A stretch of 64,000 nt of DNA, taken from an uncultured Erysipelotrichaceae bacterium. Lineage in GTDB: Bacteria; Bacillota_I; Bacilli_A; Erysipelotrichales; Erysipelotrichaceae. Each line of letters starts with the position of its first letter. Position 1 is the first letter of the stretch. The DNA lies in assembly GCA_944326795.1 (NCBI GenBank), contig CALVFJ010000001.1:16795-80794 (forward strand), written 5' to 3'. Position numbers and translations under genes: made by a program. Shown piece after piece: positions 17,101 through 24,830 of this stretch. The notes under the pieces are model-generated. The model did no database searches, had not been told where the DNA came from, and was given only the letters and a program-made list of their open reading frames with translations.

Positions 17101-18990
17101 ATGAGAAAGAATATATTGTTGTGTTTTTCAGCAAACATTTCATTAAATGTATTTAAGAAAGTGCTTAAAGTTGTACGAGAAAACCAAGCTAGCTTGATCA
17201 TTTTATATTCAAAACGAAAACAAGAGTTTGCATATGATGAATTAGATGAGGAAACGAAAAAGATGATTGAAACAATTGATATTCGTTTCATTGGATGTGA
17301 TAGGATACACAACCACATATTATTTGACTATATTAATAAAAATAATATTGATTGTTTGATCTTCGGCAACACAAAGCATAGTTGGTATGATAAGTATCTG
17401 AAATATGGCATTTCAAAAAAGCTAAAAGGATTAGAAGTTTATTTATATGTTGATGATAAAAGGTTGCTAAGTAGTTTTAATGATGAAAGAAGCATTAATA
17501 AGAAGCTTATCGATTTTTTGATAATGATGTTTTTTTTGGTGTGTGCAACATTCGTAGGTATCATTATCCAAAAACTAGGTTTTAAAGATATCGATATCAT
17601 AATGATATATATGATAGGCGTATTATTTACTTGTTTTTTTGCCTATGGTTCGGTTGTTTGTTATGGTTATGCAGCTTTAACGGTATTCATATATAATTAT
17701 TTTTTTACTGAGCCGCTATATACGTTTAGAGTATATGATAAACAGTATTTTAGCAGCTTTATCATCATGATTATTACTTCAAGCATCATTTCATTTGTTA
17801 CCTATCGTAGCAAGCGTATAACATATGAAACTTCAAGAAAAGCGTATAGGACCGAATTATTATTACAAACAAGCCAAAAATTGCAAAAAGCAATAAATAA
17901 AGATGATATCATGAACAAATTGATGCAGCAAATAGGTAAGCTTTTAGAAAGAAATGTCATATATTTCTTTAAAGATATTGATAAATTTGTTGGATATACA
18001 TACAGCGGAAATGAGATTTTGCCTCTTGCAGAAACTGATAAAGCAGCGGCGGGTCAAGCAATGAAATTGAATAGATATACGGGATATTCTACTAATATCA
18101 TGCCTGAAGCAAATTATTTATTTATGACCGTTCGCAATGGTGAGAAAATTTTTGCAATCGTAGGAATTGACATGAAAGGAAAAGCTTTAGGAAAATTTGA
18201 GGAAAGCATATTGATCGCTATGCTAGCAGAATGCGCGTTAGCATTAGAAAAAGAAGAATTTGTAATTAGTCAGAATGAAGCATTTAATAAATTAAAGAAT
18301 GAACAGTTTAGAGCAAACCTTTTGCGCTCTATTTCCCATGATCTTCGAACGCCATTGACCAGCATATCAGGCAATGCTTCGGCTTTATTGCTTAATAAAG
18401 ATAAAATGAATGATGAACAAAAAATTCATATGTATAAAGATATACAAGAGGATAGCTTATGGCTTATCGGATTGGTAGAAAATATCCTATCAATAACAAG
18501 AATGGAAAATGGTGAAATAAATGTTGAAAAAAATACCGAGGTTGTTTCGGAAATAATTGAAGAAGCAATAAGCCATGTTCGAAAAAAGGAGAATCAAAAA
18601 ATAATTTTTGAAGATTGTGATGATATCATCTTGGTAAAGATGGATGCTAGCTTGATGATCCAAGTAATAGTAAATCTTTTGAATAATGCAATTAAATATT
18701 CATATCAAGATTCAACGATTAAAATAATCTTAAAAGAAAACGAAGATGATTGTATCATTGAAATTCAAGATGATGGTCCAGGTATTAAGCCAGAAGAAAA
18801 AATGCATGTATTTGATATGTTTTATTCAGCACATCGCAAAGTTGTCGATAGTCATCGAGGAATTGGAATTGGTCTTTCATTATGCAAATCAATCGTTTTG
18901 TCGCATGATGGTAACATCAGTGTTGATGATAATATCCCACATGGATCAATTTTTACGATAAAATTAAAAAAGGAGACAATTAATATATGA
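17101..18990 (+). CDS. KdpD-like sensor histidine kinase (USP-like + DUF4118-type TM + GAF-like + HisKA + HATPase), lacking the KdpD N-domain
   Basis: H-box RSISHDLRTPL, N-box NLLNNAIKYS, G-boxes DDGPGI and GIGIGLSLC. Four TM helices resemble the KdpD membrane core. Confidence 0.85.
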   Translation: MRKNILLCFSANISLNVFKKVLKVVRENQASLIILYSKRKQEFAYDELDEETKKMIETIDIRFIGCDRIHNHILFDYINKNNIDCLIFGNTKHSWYDKYLKYGISKKLKGLEVYLYVDDKRLLSSFNDERSINKKLIDFLIMMFFLVCATFVGIIIQKLGFKDIDIIMIYMIGVLFTCFFAYGSVVCYGYAALTVFIYNYFFTEPLYTFRVYDKQYFSSFIIMIITSSIISFVTYRSKRITYETSRKAYRTELLLQTSQKLQKAINKDDIMNKLMQQIGKLLERNVIYFFKDIDKFVGYTYSGNEILPLAETDKAAAGQAMKLNRYTGYSTNIMPEANYLFMTVRNGEKIFAIVGIDMKGKALGKFEESILIAMLAECALALEKEEFVISQNEAFNKLKNEQFRANLLRSISHDLRTPLTSISGNASALLLNKDKMNDEQKIHMYKDIQEDSLWLIGLVENILSITRMENGEINVEKNTEVVSEIIEEAISHVRKKENQKIIFEDCDDIILVKMDASLMIQVIVNLLNNAIKYSYQDSTIKIILKENEDDCIIEIQDDGPGIKPEEKMHVFDMFYSAHRKVVDSHRGIGIGLSLCKSIVLSHDGNISVDDNIPHGSIFTIKLKKETINI

Positions 18991-19697
18991 AAATAGATAG
19001 CATTAATATTTTGATCGTTGAAGATGATGCTCCAATTAGAAATCTTATTTCAACTACATTAATGGCTAATAAATATAATTATGAACTTGCAATAAATGGA
19101 AATGAGGCATTACGAAAGGTAACTAGTTCTAAAGTTGATATTGTTTTGTTAGATTTAGGTCTTCCCGATATGGATGGCGTAGATGTGATTACACAAATAA
19201 GAGGTTTTTCGATGCTTCCGATCATTGTTATTTCAGCTCGGACTGATGATGAAGATAAAATAGAAGCTTTGGATGCAGGAGCTGATGATTACTTAACAAA
19301 ACCTTTTTCAGTAGAAGAGTTATTAGCGCGGTTAAGATCAACTATCCGTAGATTAGATTATTTAAATACGGTAAAAGAAAGTGAAAGCTCAAATTTTATC
19401 AATGGTGAATTGCGGATCGAATATGAAAGCGCAACGGTCTTCGTAAATGATGAAGAGATCCACCTCATGCCTATAGAGTATAGTTTGCTATGCTTGTTGG
19501 CTAAAAATGTTGGTAAGGTATTAACTTATCAATATATCTTAGATAAGGTTTGGGTAAATACAATTGAAAGCGATCTTTCATCGTTGCGAGTATATATGGC
19601 TTCATTAAGAAAAAAAATTGAAAAAAGAAGTAGTCTAGTAAATAAATATATTCAAACCCATATTGGCATTGGATATAGGATGATAAAGGTTAAATAG
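18987..19697 (+). CDS. OmpR-family response regulator, KdpE-like
   Basis: Receiver (VEDD...LLDLGLPDMDG...TKPF) plus a winged-helix output. ARTDDEDKIEALDAGADDYLTKPF is KdpE-like. It overlaps the kinase by 4 nt. Confidence 0.85.
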   Translation: MKIDSINILIVEDDAPIRNLISTTLMANKYNYELAINGNEALRKVTSSKVDIVLLDLGLPDMDGVDVITQIRGFSMLPIIVISARTDDEDKIEALDAGADDYLTKPFSVEELLARLRSTIRRLDYLNTVKESESSNFINGELRIEYESATVFVNDEEIHLMPIEYSLLCLLAKNVGKVLTYQYILDKVWVNTIESDLSSLRVYMASLRKKIEKRSSLVNKYIQTHIGIGYRMIKVK

Positions 19698-19708
19698 GTA
19701 TTAAAGAT

Positions 19709-20443
19709 GTGGAAAAAAGAAAAGAATTTATTCTATCTATTTTGATCGTAATTATATTATTGTTTTTATCATCATGTATTGGGTTAATATTTAAATATTG
19801 GAAGTTTAATGAGTCTAATATAATAATCGTTTATGTCTTAGGGGTTATTATTAGTGCAAAATATACTTATGGATATGCGCCTAGTTTTATCATGGCATTT
19901 TTGGTGTCATTTTGTTTTAACTATTTTTTTACCGCGCCATATTATACTTTTCGCGTAGCTGATCCTAATTACTTTATCGTATTTGCAGTGATGACTTCAG
20001 TTTCGTTATTAACTAGCGGTATTGCCAATAAGATGAAGGAAAAAGAGAAACAGGCAAAAGAAAATGCTGGTGAAAAAGATCTTTTGCTTGAATTAACCAG
20101 AGATTTAAATAATGCGAGAGAAATGATCGATGTTGCAAAAATTTCGATCAACGCGTTCAACAAGTACTTGGGTATCGATGTTGGCTGCGCATATTTAGAT
20201 AATGATGAAAGACTAGAGCGTTATTACTTGCATGGTCATGATAATGTTTTTAGCAAAAATGAATTAGAAGCTTATGATGAATTGATGATGATGAAAAACT
20301 ACAGCAAAGATTATATCATTACTGATACCTACTATGATTTTTTAATTAGGAATGGAGAAGGAAAGATCCTTGGGATCATTCAGATTTCAAAAGAAAATAG
20401 TGAAGTTTTAGATGCTGATAAAATAAATTTCTATATTCTATGA
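19709..20443 (+). CDS. Second KdpD-like kinase, N-terminal half (DUF4118-type TM + GAF-like); a split gene or frameshift fragment
   Basis: GTG start. The TM core (FFTAPYYTFRVADPNYF) is paralogous to 17101..18990. The ORF ends FYIL-stop, just before the point where the H-box helix should start. Confidence 0.6.
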   Translation: MEKRKEFILSILIVIILLFLSSCIGLIFKYWKFNESNIIIVYVLGVIISAKYTYGYAPSFIMAFLVSFCFNYFFTAPYYTFRVADPNYFIVFAVMTSVSLLTSGIANKMKEKEKQAKENAGEKDLLLELTRDLNNAREMIDVAKISINAFNKYLGIDVGCAYLDNDERLERYYLHGHDNVFSKNELEAYDELMMMKNYSKDYIITDTYYDFLIRNGEGKILGIIQISKENSEVLDADKINFYIL

Positions 20444-21204
20444 TAGATTGTACGGCTATGGCCATGGAGCGAATATTAGCTGATATAAAACACTTACAAT
20501 TTAAAGAAGAGGCTAATTTACAGCGCTATCGTGCAGATTTATTACGCGCAATATCTCATGATCTTAGGACACCTTTGAGCGGAATAATGGGCAGCTGTGA
20601 AATGCTTGTTTCTTTGCTTGATGCTAATAGCAAAGAATATGCACTTACCAAGGATATATATGAAGATTCTCAATGGCTTTATACCTTAGTAGAAAATATC
20701 CTAAGTCTTACAAAACTGCAAGAAGGAAAGATGCTATTAAATTGGCAATTTGAGACATTAGATGAAATAATAGGAACGGCAGTTACCGTTTTTGAAAGAA
20801 GATATGGGATCGATGTACAAGTTAGCTTACCACAGCAAATTGTCATCGTTAAAGTTGACGCAAAATTGATTGAGCAAGTTATAATTAATTTATTGGATAA
20901 TGCCAAAAAACATAGTGAAAGTACGGATATCAGGATATATGCACAAATTTGTGATAACATCATTGACATTAATGTTGAGGATTTTGGCAAAGGCATTGAT
21001 GATGATGAAATTAATAAAATATTTGATATGTTCTATACTGGCGGTAAAAAGCATGCAGATGCCAAAACGGGAATCGGCTTAGGGCTAACGATTGCAAAAT
21101 CAATAGTTGAAGCACATGGCGGAACGATAAAAGCCAAAAATAAAACTAGTGGTTCTGGAGCGGTGTTTACTATTGCTTTACCAATTGAGAAAATTGAAGA
21201 ATAA
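20440..21204 (+). CDS. Second KdpD-like kinase, C-terminal half (HisKA + HATPase)
   Basis: H-box RAISHDLRTPL, N-box NLLDNAKKHS, G-boxes DFGKGI and GIGLGLTIA. Its ATG overlaps the upstream stop (ATGA at 20440-20443). Confidence 0.7.
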   Translation: MIDCTAMAMERILADIKHLQFKEEANLQRYRADLLRAISHDLRTPLSGIMGSCEMLVSLLDANSKEYALTKDIYEDSQWLYTLVENILSLTKLQEGKMLLNWQFETLDEIIGTAVTVFERRYGIDVQVSLPQQIVIVKVDAKLIEQVIINLLDNAKKHSESTDIRIYAQICDNIIDINVEDFGKGIDDDEINKIFDMFYTGGKKHADAKTGIGLGLTIAKSIVEAHGGTIKAKNKTSGSGAVFTIALPIEKIEE

Positions 21205-21218
21205 GATGAGAGGTTTGT

Positions 21219-21914
21219 ATGAATAATGATATTTTGAATACAACGATATTGACTGTTGAAGATGATATCCAGATTAGAAATTTTATTAAATTTGTTTTAG
21301 AATCTAACGATTATAATATCGTAACAGCAGGAAGCTATCATGAAGCAATTGAACAATATTTAGCTAATCATATCGATATGATCTTGCTAGATTTAGGATT
21401 ACCAGATGTTGATGGGTTTGAACTAATTAGAAAAGTTCGTGAATTCTCAAATATCCCGATTATCGTAGTTTCTGCCCGTGATCAAGATAAAGAAAAAGTA
21501 AAAGCTTTGGATAATGGTGCAGATGATTATTTAATAAAACCATTTTCAGCTGCTGAATTGCTTGCTAGGATGAGATTAGCATTTAGGCATTGCAAAGTTA
21601 AAGAAATAAATGAAAAATATAAAGTAAAAGATCTAGAGATAGATTTAACCAAGCACCTTGTTTATCTAAATGATAAAGAATTACATGTAACGCCTATGGA
21701 ATATCGGCTTTTAGCAGTATTTTTTAAAAATGTTGGCAAGGTATTAACGACAAGCTATATAATCAAAGAAATATATGGGGCAAATTATGGCAGCGATACC
21801 CAAGCGCTGCGTACCTTAATTGCATCTTTACGCAGAAAGATAGAGGAAAATCCGGTAAAGCCAAAATATATTCTTACAGAAGTTGGAGTGGGATATCGCT
21901 TGATGGATGAATAG
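21219..21914 (+). CDS. OmpR-family response regulator, KdpE-like (second copy)
   Basis: Receiver plus winged helix. ARDQDKEKVKALDNGADDYLIKPF is paralogous to 18987..19697. Confidence 0.85.
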   Translation: MNNDILNTTILTVEDDIQIRNFIKFVLESNDYNIVTAGSYHEAIEQYLANHIDMILLDLGLPDVDGFELIRKVREFSNIPIIVVSARDQDKEKVKALDNGADDYLIKPFSAAELLARMRLAFRHCKVKEINEKYKVKDLEIDLTKHLVYLNDKELHVTPMEYRLLAVFFKNVGKVLTTSYIIKEIYGANYGSDTQALRTLIASLRRKIEENPVKPKYILTEVGVGYRLMDE

Positions 21915-21940
21915 AGCATCAGTAATGATGCTTTTATTTT
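21915..21940 (+). terminator. Rho-independent terminator after the regulator genes
   Basis: AGCATCA-GTAA-TGATGCT followed by TTTATTTT. Confidence 0.65.
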
Positions 21941-21941
21941 G

Positions 21942-22007
21942 CTCACACAATTCTCACATCGATGCCTATTAATCTCACAACTATCTTATGCATAATTTAA
22001 ATATAAT
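21942..22007 (+). promoter_or_regulatory. Candidate activator-dependent promoter: three phased CTCACA repeats upstream of TATAAT
   Basis: CTCACA at 21942, 21953 and 21973 (offsets of 11 and 20 bp). TATAAT at 22002-22007 has no good -35. This layout is typical of OmpR-type direct-repeat sites replacing the -35. Confidence 0.35.
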
Positions 22008-22263
22008 AAAAATGTACCAAAGAGATGTGTAAATATCAAGTCGCGAGGATAATTATGCAAATTCTCTATTGATCCACGATAAGAGATTATAAAACTACAT
22101 TCGACGGACCATTAGCCTGAGGTAACCAATCCACGAATAACAGAGTGGTTAACTGTCGATGATTTGTTTAGAAAGCTCCTGTATGTCATTGATCTACAAT
22201 TGAATATTTTAATTGTGATCGTTTTTACTTGACAAAGGTCACTTTATAACAGGAGATATTATT

Positions 22264-22635
22264 ATGAGCAATATAAATAATTTATCTTTATTATGTGTCA
22301 ATATAAAGCATATCATTGAAAGCAATGATAGCAATAAGTATCAATTGGCGGCAAATATGATTTCGAGATCTATGGCAGAATATCCTGACTCAGCCAAGCC
22401 ACATAACTTGATGGGCATATTAAAAGAATTAACAGGAGATCATGCAGGAGCAATGAAACATTTTAGAGCAGCATATGCTTTAGATCCTCAAGATCAAGCG
22501 GTCAAACATAATTTTGAAATCTTATGTTCGTTTAATACTTTAGGAAAGACATTTGAATATGGTGATGAAAATGATTGCCAAAACATTCATAAAAATGTTA
22601 CAGCACTTCGGACTTTTAAAAAATTGACATTATAG
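22264..22635 (+). CDS. Small TPR-like protein, function unknown
   Basis: 123-aa ORF with RBS AGGAGA. AKPHNLMGILKELTGDHAGAMKHFRAAYALDPQD resembles a TPR helix pair. Confidence 0.5.
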   Translation: MSNINNLSLLCVNIKHIIESNDSNKYQLAANMISRSMAEYPDSAKPHNLMGILKELTGDHAGAMKHFRAAYALDPQDQAVKHNFEILCSFNTLGKTFEYGDENDCQNIHKNVTALRTFKKLTL

Positions 22636-22872
22636 ATTTGTAATTTATTTTAGTCATGTTTTCAATGCTAAATGTTAGCTTAATATCAATAAGAAATCTA
22701 TCAAGTTTGGTAGCGGTTGTATATTTGAAAAAGTAATGAAATAGATGGCAAAAATGTTAGCCATTTTTGATATTTTAATATGATTTTAATTTTAGCTAAA
22801 GATATTTAATCCGTTTTTAATTTTGCGTGTGATAGGATAATCGTGTCAAATAATGATAATAGGAGGATTTTT

Positions 22873-22968
22873 ATGCTATTAGATGTCATTATGATTAGTA
22901 TGTTAATTGGTGGGTTTGGTTTAATCAGGCTATTTGTAAATTGGACTGAAAGTCAAATCAATAAATAA
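22873..22968 (+). CDS. 31-aa hydrophobic micro-protein upstream of kdpF (not in the ORF track)
   Basis: AGGAGG lies 6 nt before the ATG. MLLDVIMISMLIGGFGLIRLFVNWTESQINK forms one TM helix. It ends 15 nt before kdpF. Confidence 0.4.
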   Translation: MLLDVIMISMLIGGFGLIRLFVNWTESQINK

Positions 22969-22983
22969 AAGGAGAAGTTTACG

Positions 22984-23061
22984 ATGTGGATATTAGCTTT
23001 GATTATTATTGGATTAGCAGGATATTTGCTTTATGCATTGATATATCCTGAAAAATTTTAG
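22984..23061 (+). CDS. kdpF: K+-transporting ATPase subunit F
   Basis: 25 aa, MWILALIIIGLAGYLLYALIYPEKF: a single helix ending in the KdpF-type YAL.xPE(K/R)F motif. GGAGA lies 8 nt upstream, and the gene ends 16 nt before kdpA. Confidence 0.75.
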   Translation: MWILALIIIGLAGYLLYALIYPEKF

Positions 23062-23077
23062 TTAGGGAGAAAAGATC

Positions 23078-24817
23078 ATGTTACAAATCGTATGTACATT
23101 ATTATTATCTATGGTTATTATTATGCCGTTTGCCCTTTATATTTATAACATTACCACAAAGAAAAAGAGCTTTGTTGATCCGGTCATGGATAAAGTGGAT
23201 GATGGTATTTATCGCTTATTTAAAATTGATACCTCTGACATGGATTGGAAAAAATATGTTTGTACATTGCTTTTAGTAAATGCCTGCATGGTTTTGGTTG
23301 GCTATCTAATCCTTAGGGTGCAATCAATACTGTTTTTTAACCCAAATGGTATTGGAAACATGGACCAATCATTGTCCTTCAATACGATCATTTCGTTCAT
23401 GACCAATACGAACTTACAGCATTATTCCGGAGAATCTAGCTTATCATATCTGTCGCAGATGCTAGTGATCATCATGATGATGTTTACTTCTGCTGCTACT
23501 GGATATGCCGCATGTGCAGCCATGATAAGAGGATTTTTAGGAAAAAAGATGGGGAATTTTTATGTGGACTTTACCAGGATCATTACTAGATTTTTACTGC
23601 CTATGTCATTTATTGTTGGCTTGATCCTTGTATGGCAAGGGGTTCCTCAAACCTTGTATCCCAATTATACGGTATTTACTATTGAAGGAAAATTGCAAGA
23701 TATCGCAAGCGGTCCAATTGCTGCATTAGAATCTATAAAGCATTTAGGAACAAATGGTGGAGGTTTCTTAGGAGCTAATTCTTCGACCCCGCTTGAGAAT
23801 CCGACGATTATAACCAATATCTTGGAACTGTTTGCAATGATGATCTTACCAGCATCATGCGTATTTACTTTTGGACATATGGCTTATGATAAATACCATG
23901 AAAAGAAAATACAAGCAGGTAATGATCTTTCAACGATCAAAGATAACAAGCACGTATGGCTAGGATCAGAAGGCAGAAGCCTCTTTACAGCGATGGCTGT
24001 TTTATTTCTAATTGGTTTGATCCTATGCTTTTGGGCGGAGTCACAAGGGAATAGTGCTGTTGCCGCAAATGGAATCGTGCAAACATTAGGAAATATGGAA
24101 GGTAAAGAGGTTAGATTTGGTATAGCTCAATCTTCTTTGTTCACGACAGTAACAACTTCTTTTACGACTGGTACCGTAAATAATATGCATGATACCTTGA
24201 CACCTTTAGGCGGAATGGTTCCATTATTGCATATGATGTTAAATGTGGTCTTCGGTGGGGCAGGCGTTGGATTGATGAATATGTTGATCTATGCGATTAT
24301 CGCCGTATTTATTTGTGGATTGATGATTGGTAGAACACCAGAATATTTGAGCAAAAAAATTGAAGGAAAAGAAATGAAGCTTGCTGCTTTGTGCATCATC
24401 ATCCATCCATTGTTGATTTTAGGATTCAGCGCAATTAGCGTTATTGTTCCTGCAGGACTTGAGGGAATTACAAATCCGGGATTCCATGGGCTATCCCAGG
24501 TCTTATATGAATTTTCTTCATCTGCAGCTAATAATGGATCAGGGTTTGAAGGCTTAGCTGATAATACATTATTTTGGAACATTACGACAGGTATTGCTAT
24601 GTTCTTTGGACGTTATTTATCTATTGTGATCCAGCTGGCGATTGCTAACAGCTTAATGAAAAAGATCGATATTAATGAATCGGTTGGAACGCTAAAAACC
24701 AATACATGGACATTTGCAATTGTCTTGGTGTTTGTAGTTTATATTTTTGCTGCTTTGACTTTCTTGCCAGCATTGGCTTTAGGACCAATTGCCGAAGCAT
24801 TGACATTAGGAATATAA
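23078..24817 (+). CDS. kdpA: K+-transporting ATPase subunit A
   Basis: 579 aa, polytopic. The selectivity-filter-like blocks NTNLQHYSGES, GTNGGGF, TTGTVN and SAANNGSGF are characteristic of KdpA. Confidence 0.95.
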   Translation: MLQIVCTLLLSMVIIMPFALYIYNITTKKKSFVDPVMDKVDDGIYRLFKIDTSDMDWKKYVCTLLLVNACMVLVGYLILRVQSILFFNPNGIGNMDQSLSFNTIISFMTNTNLQHYSGESSLSYLSQMLVIIMMMFTSAATGYAACAAMIRGFLGKKMGNFYVDFTRIITRFLLPMSFIVGLILVWQGVPQTLYPNYTVFTIEGKLQDIASGPIAALESIKHLGTNGGGFLGANSSTPLENPTIITNILELFAMMILPASCVFTFGHMAYDKYHEKKIQAGNDLSTIKDNKHVWLGSEGRSLFTAMAVLFLIGLILCFWAESQGNSAVAANGIVQTLGNMEGKEVRFGIAQSSLFTTVTTSFTTGTVNNMHDTLTPLGGMVPLLHMMLNVVFGGAGVGLMNMLIYAIIAVFICGLMIGRTPEYLSKKIEGKEMKLAALCIIIHPLLILGFSAISVIVPAGLEGITNPGFHGLSQVLYEFSSSAANNGSGFEGLADNTLFWNITTGIAMFFGRYLSIVIQLAIANSLMKKIDINESVGTLKTNTWTFAIVLVFVVYIFAALTFLPALALGPIAEALTLGI

Positions 24818-24830
24818 AAGGTGATTTGAA

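Noticed and set aside
17061-17318. 85-aa minus-strand ORF spanning the divergent kdpD-like promoter region
   Set aside because: It overlaps the well-supported start of the plus-strand kinase gene and has no family resemblance.
22015-22263. Possible c-di-AMP (ydaO/kimA-class) riboswitch, since these precede kdp operons in some bacilli and the region has two ACGA-containing repeats
   Set aside because: The G-rich conserved blocks I remember for that class (..GGGGGACCCA.., ..GGGGUGAAUC.., ..CCGAACCCG..) are absent. The guanidine-II (mini-ykkC) idea also fails, because the ACGA motifs are not closed by complementary GC stems. I kept the region as an unclassified structured leader.
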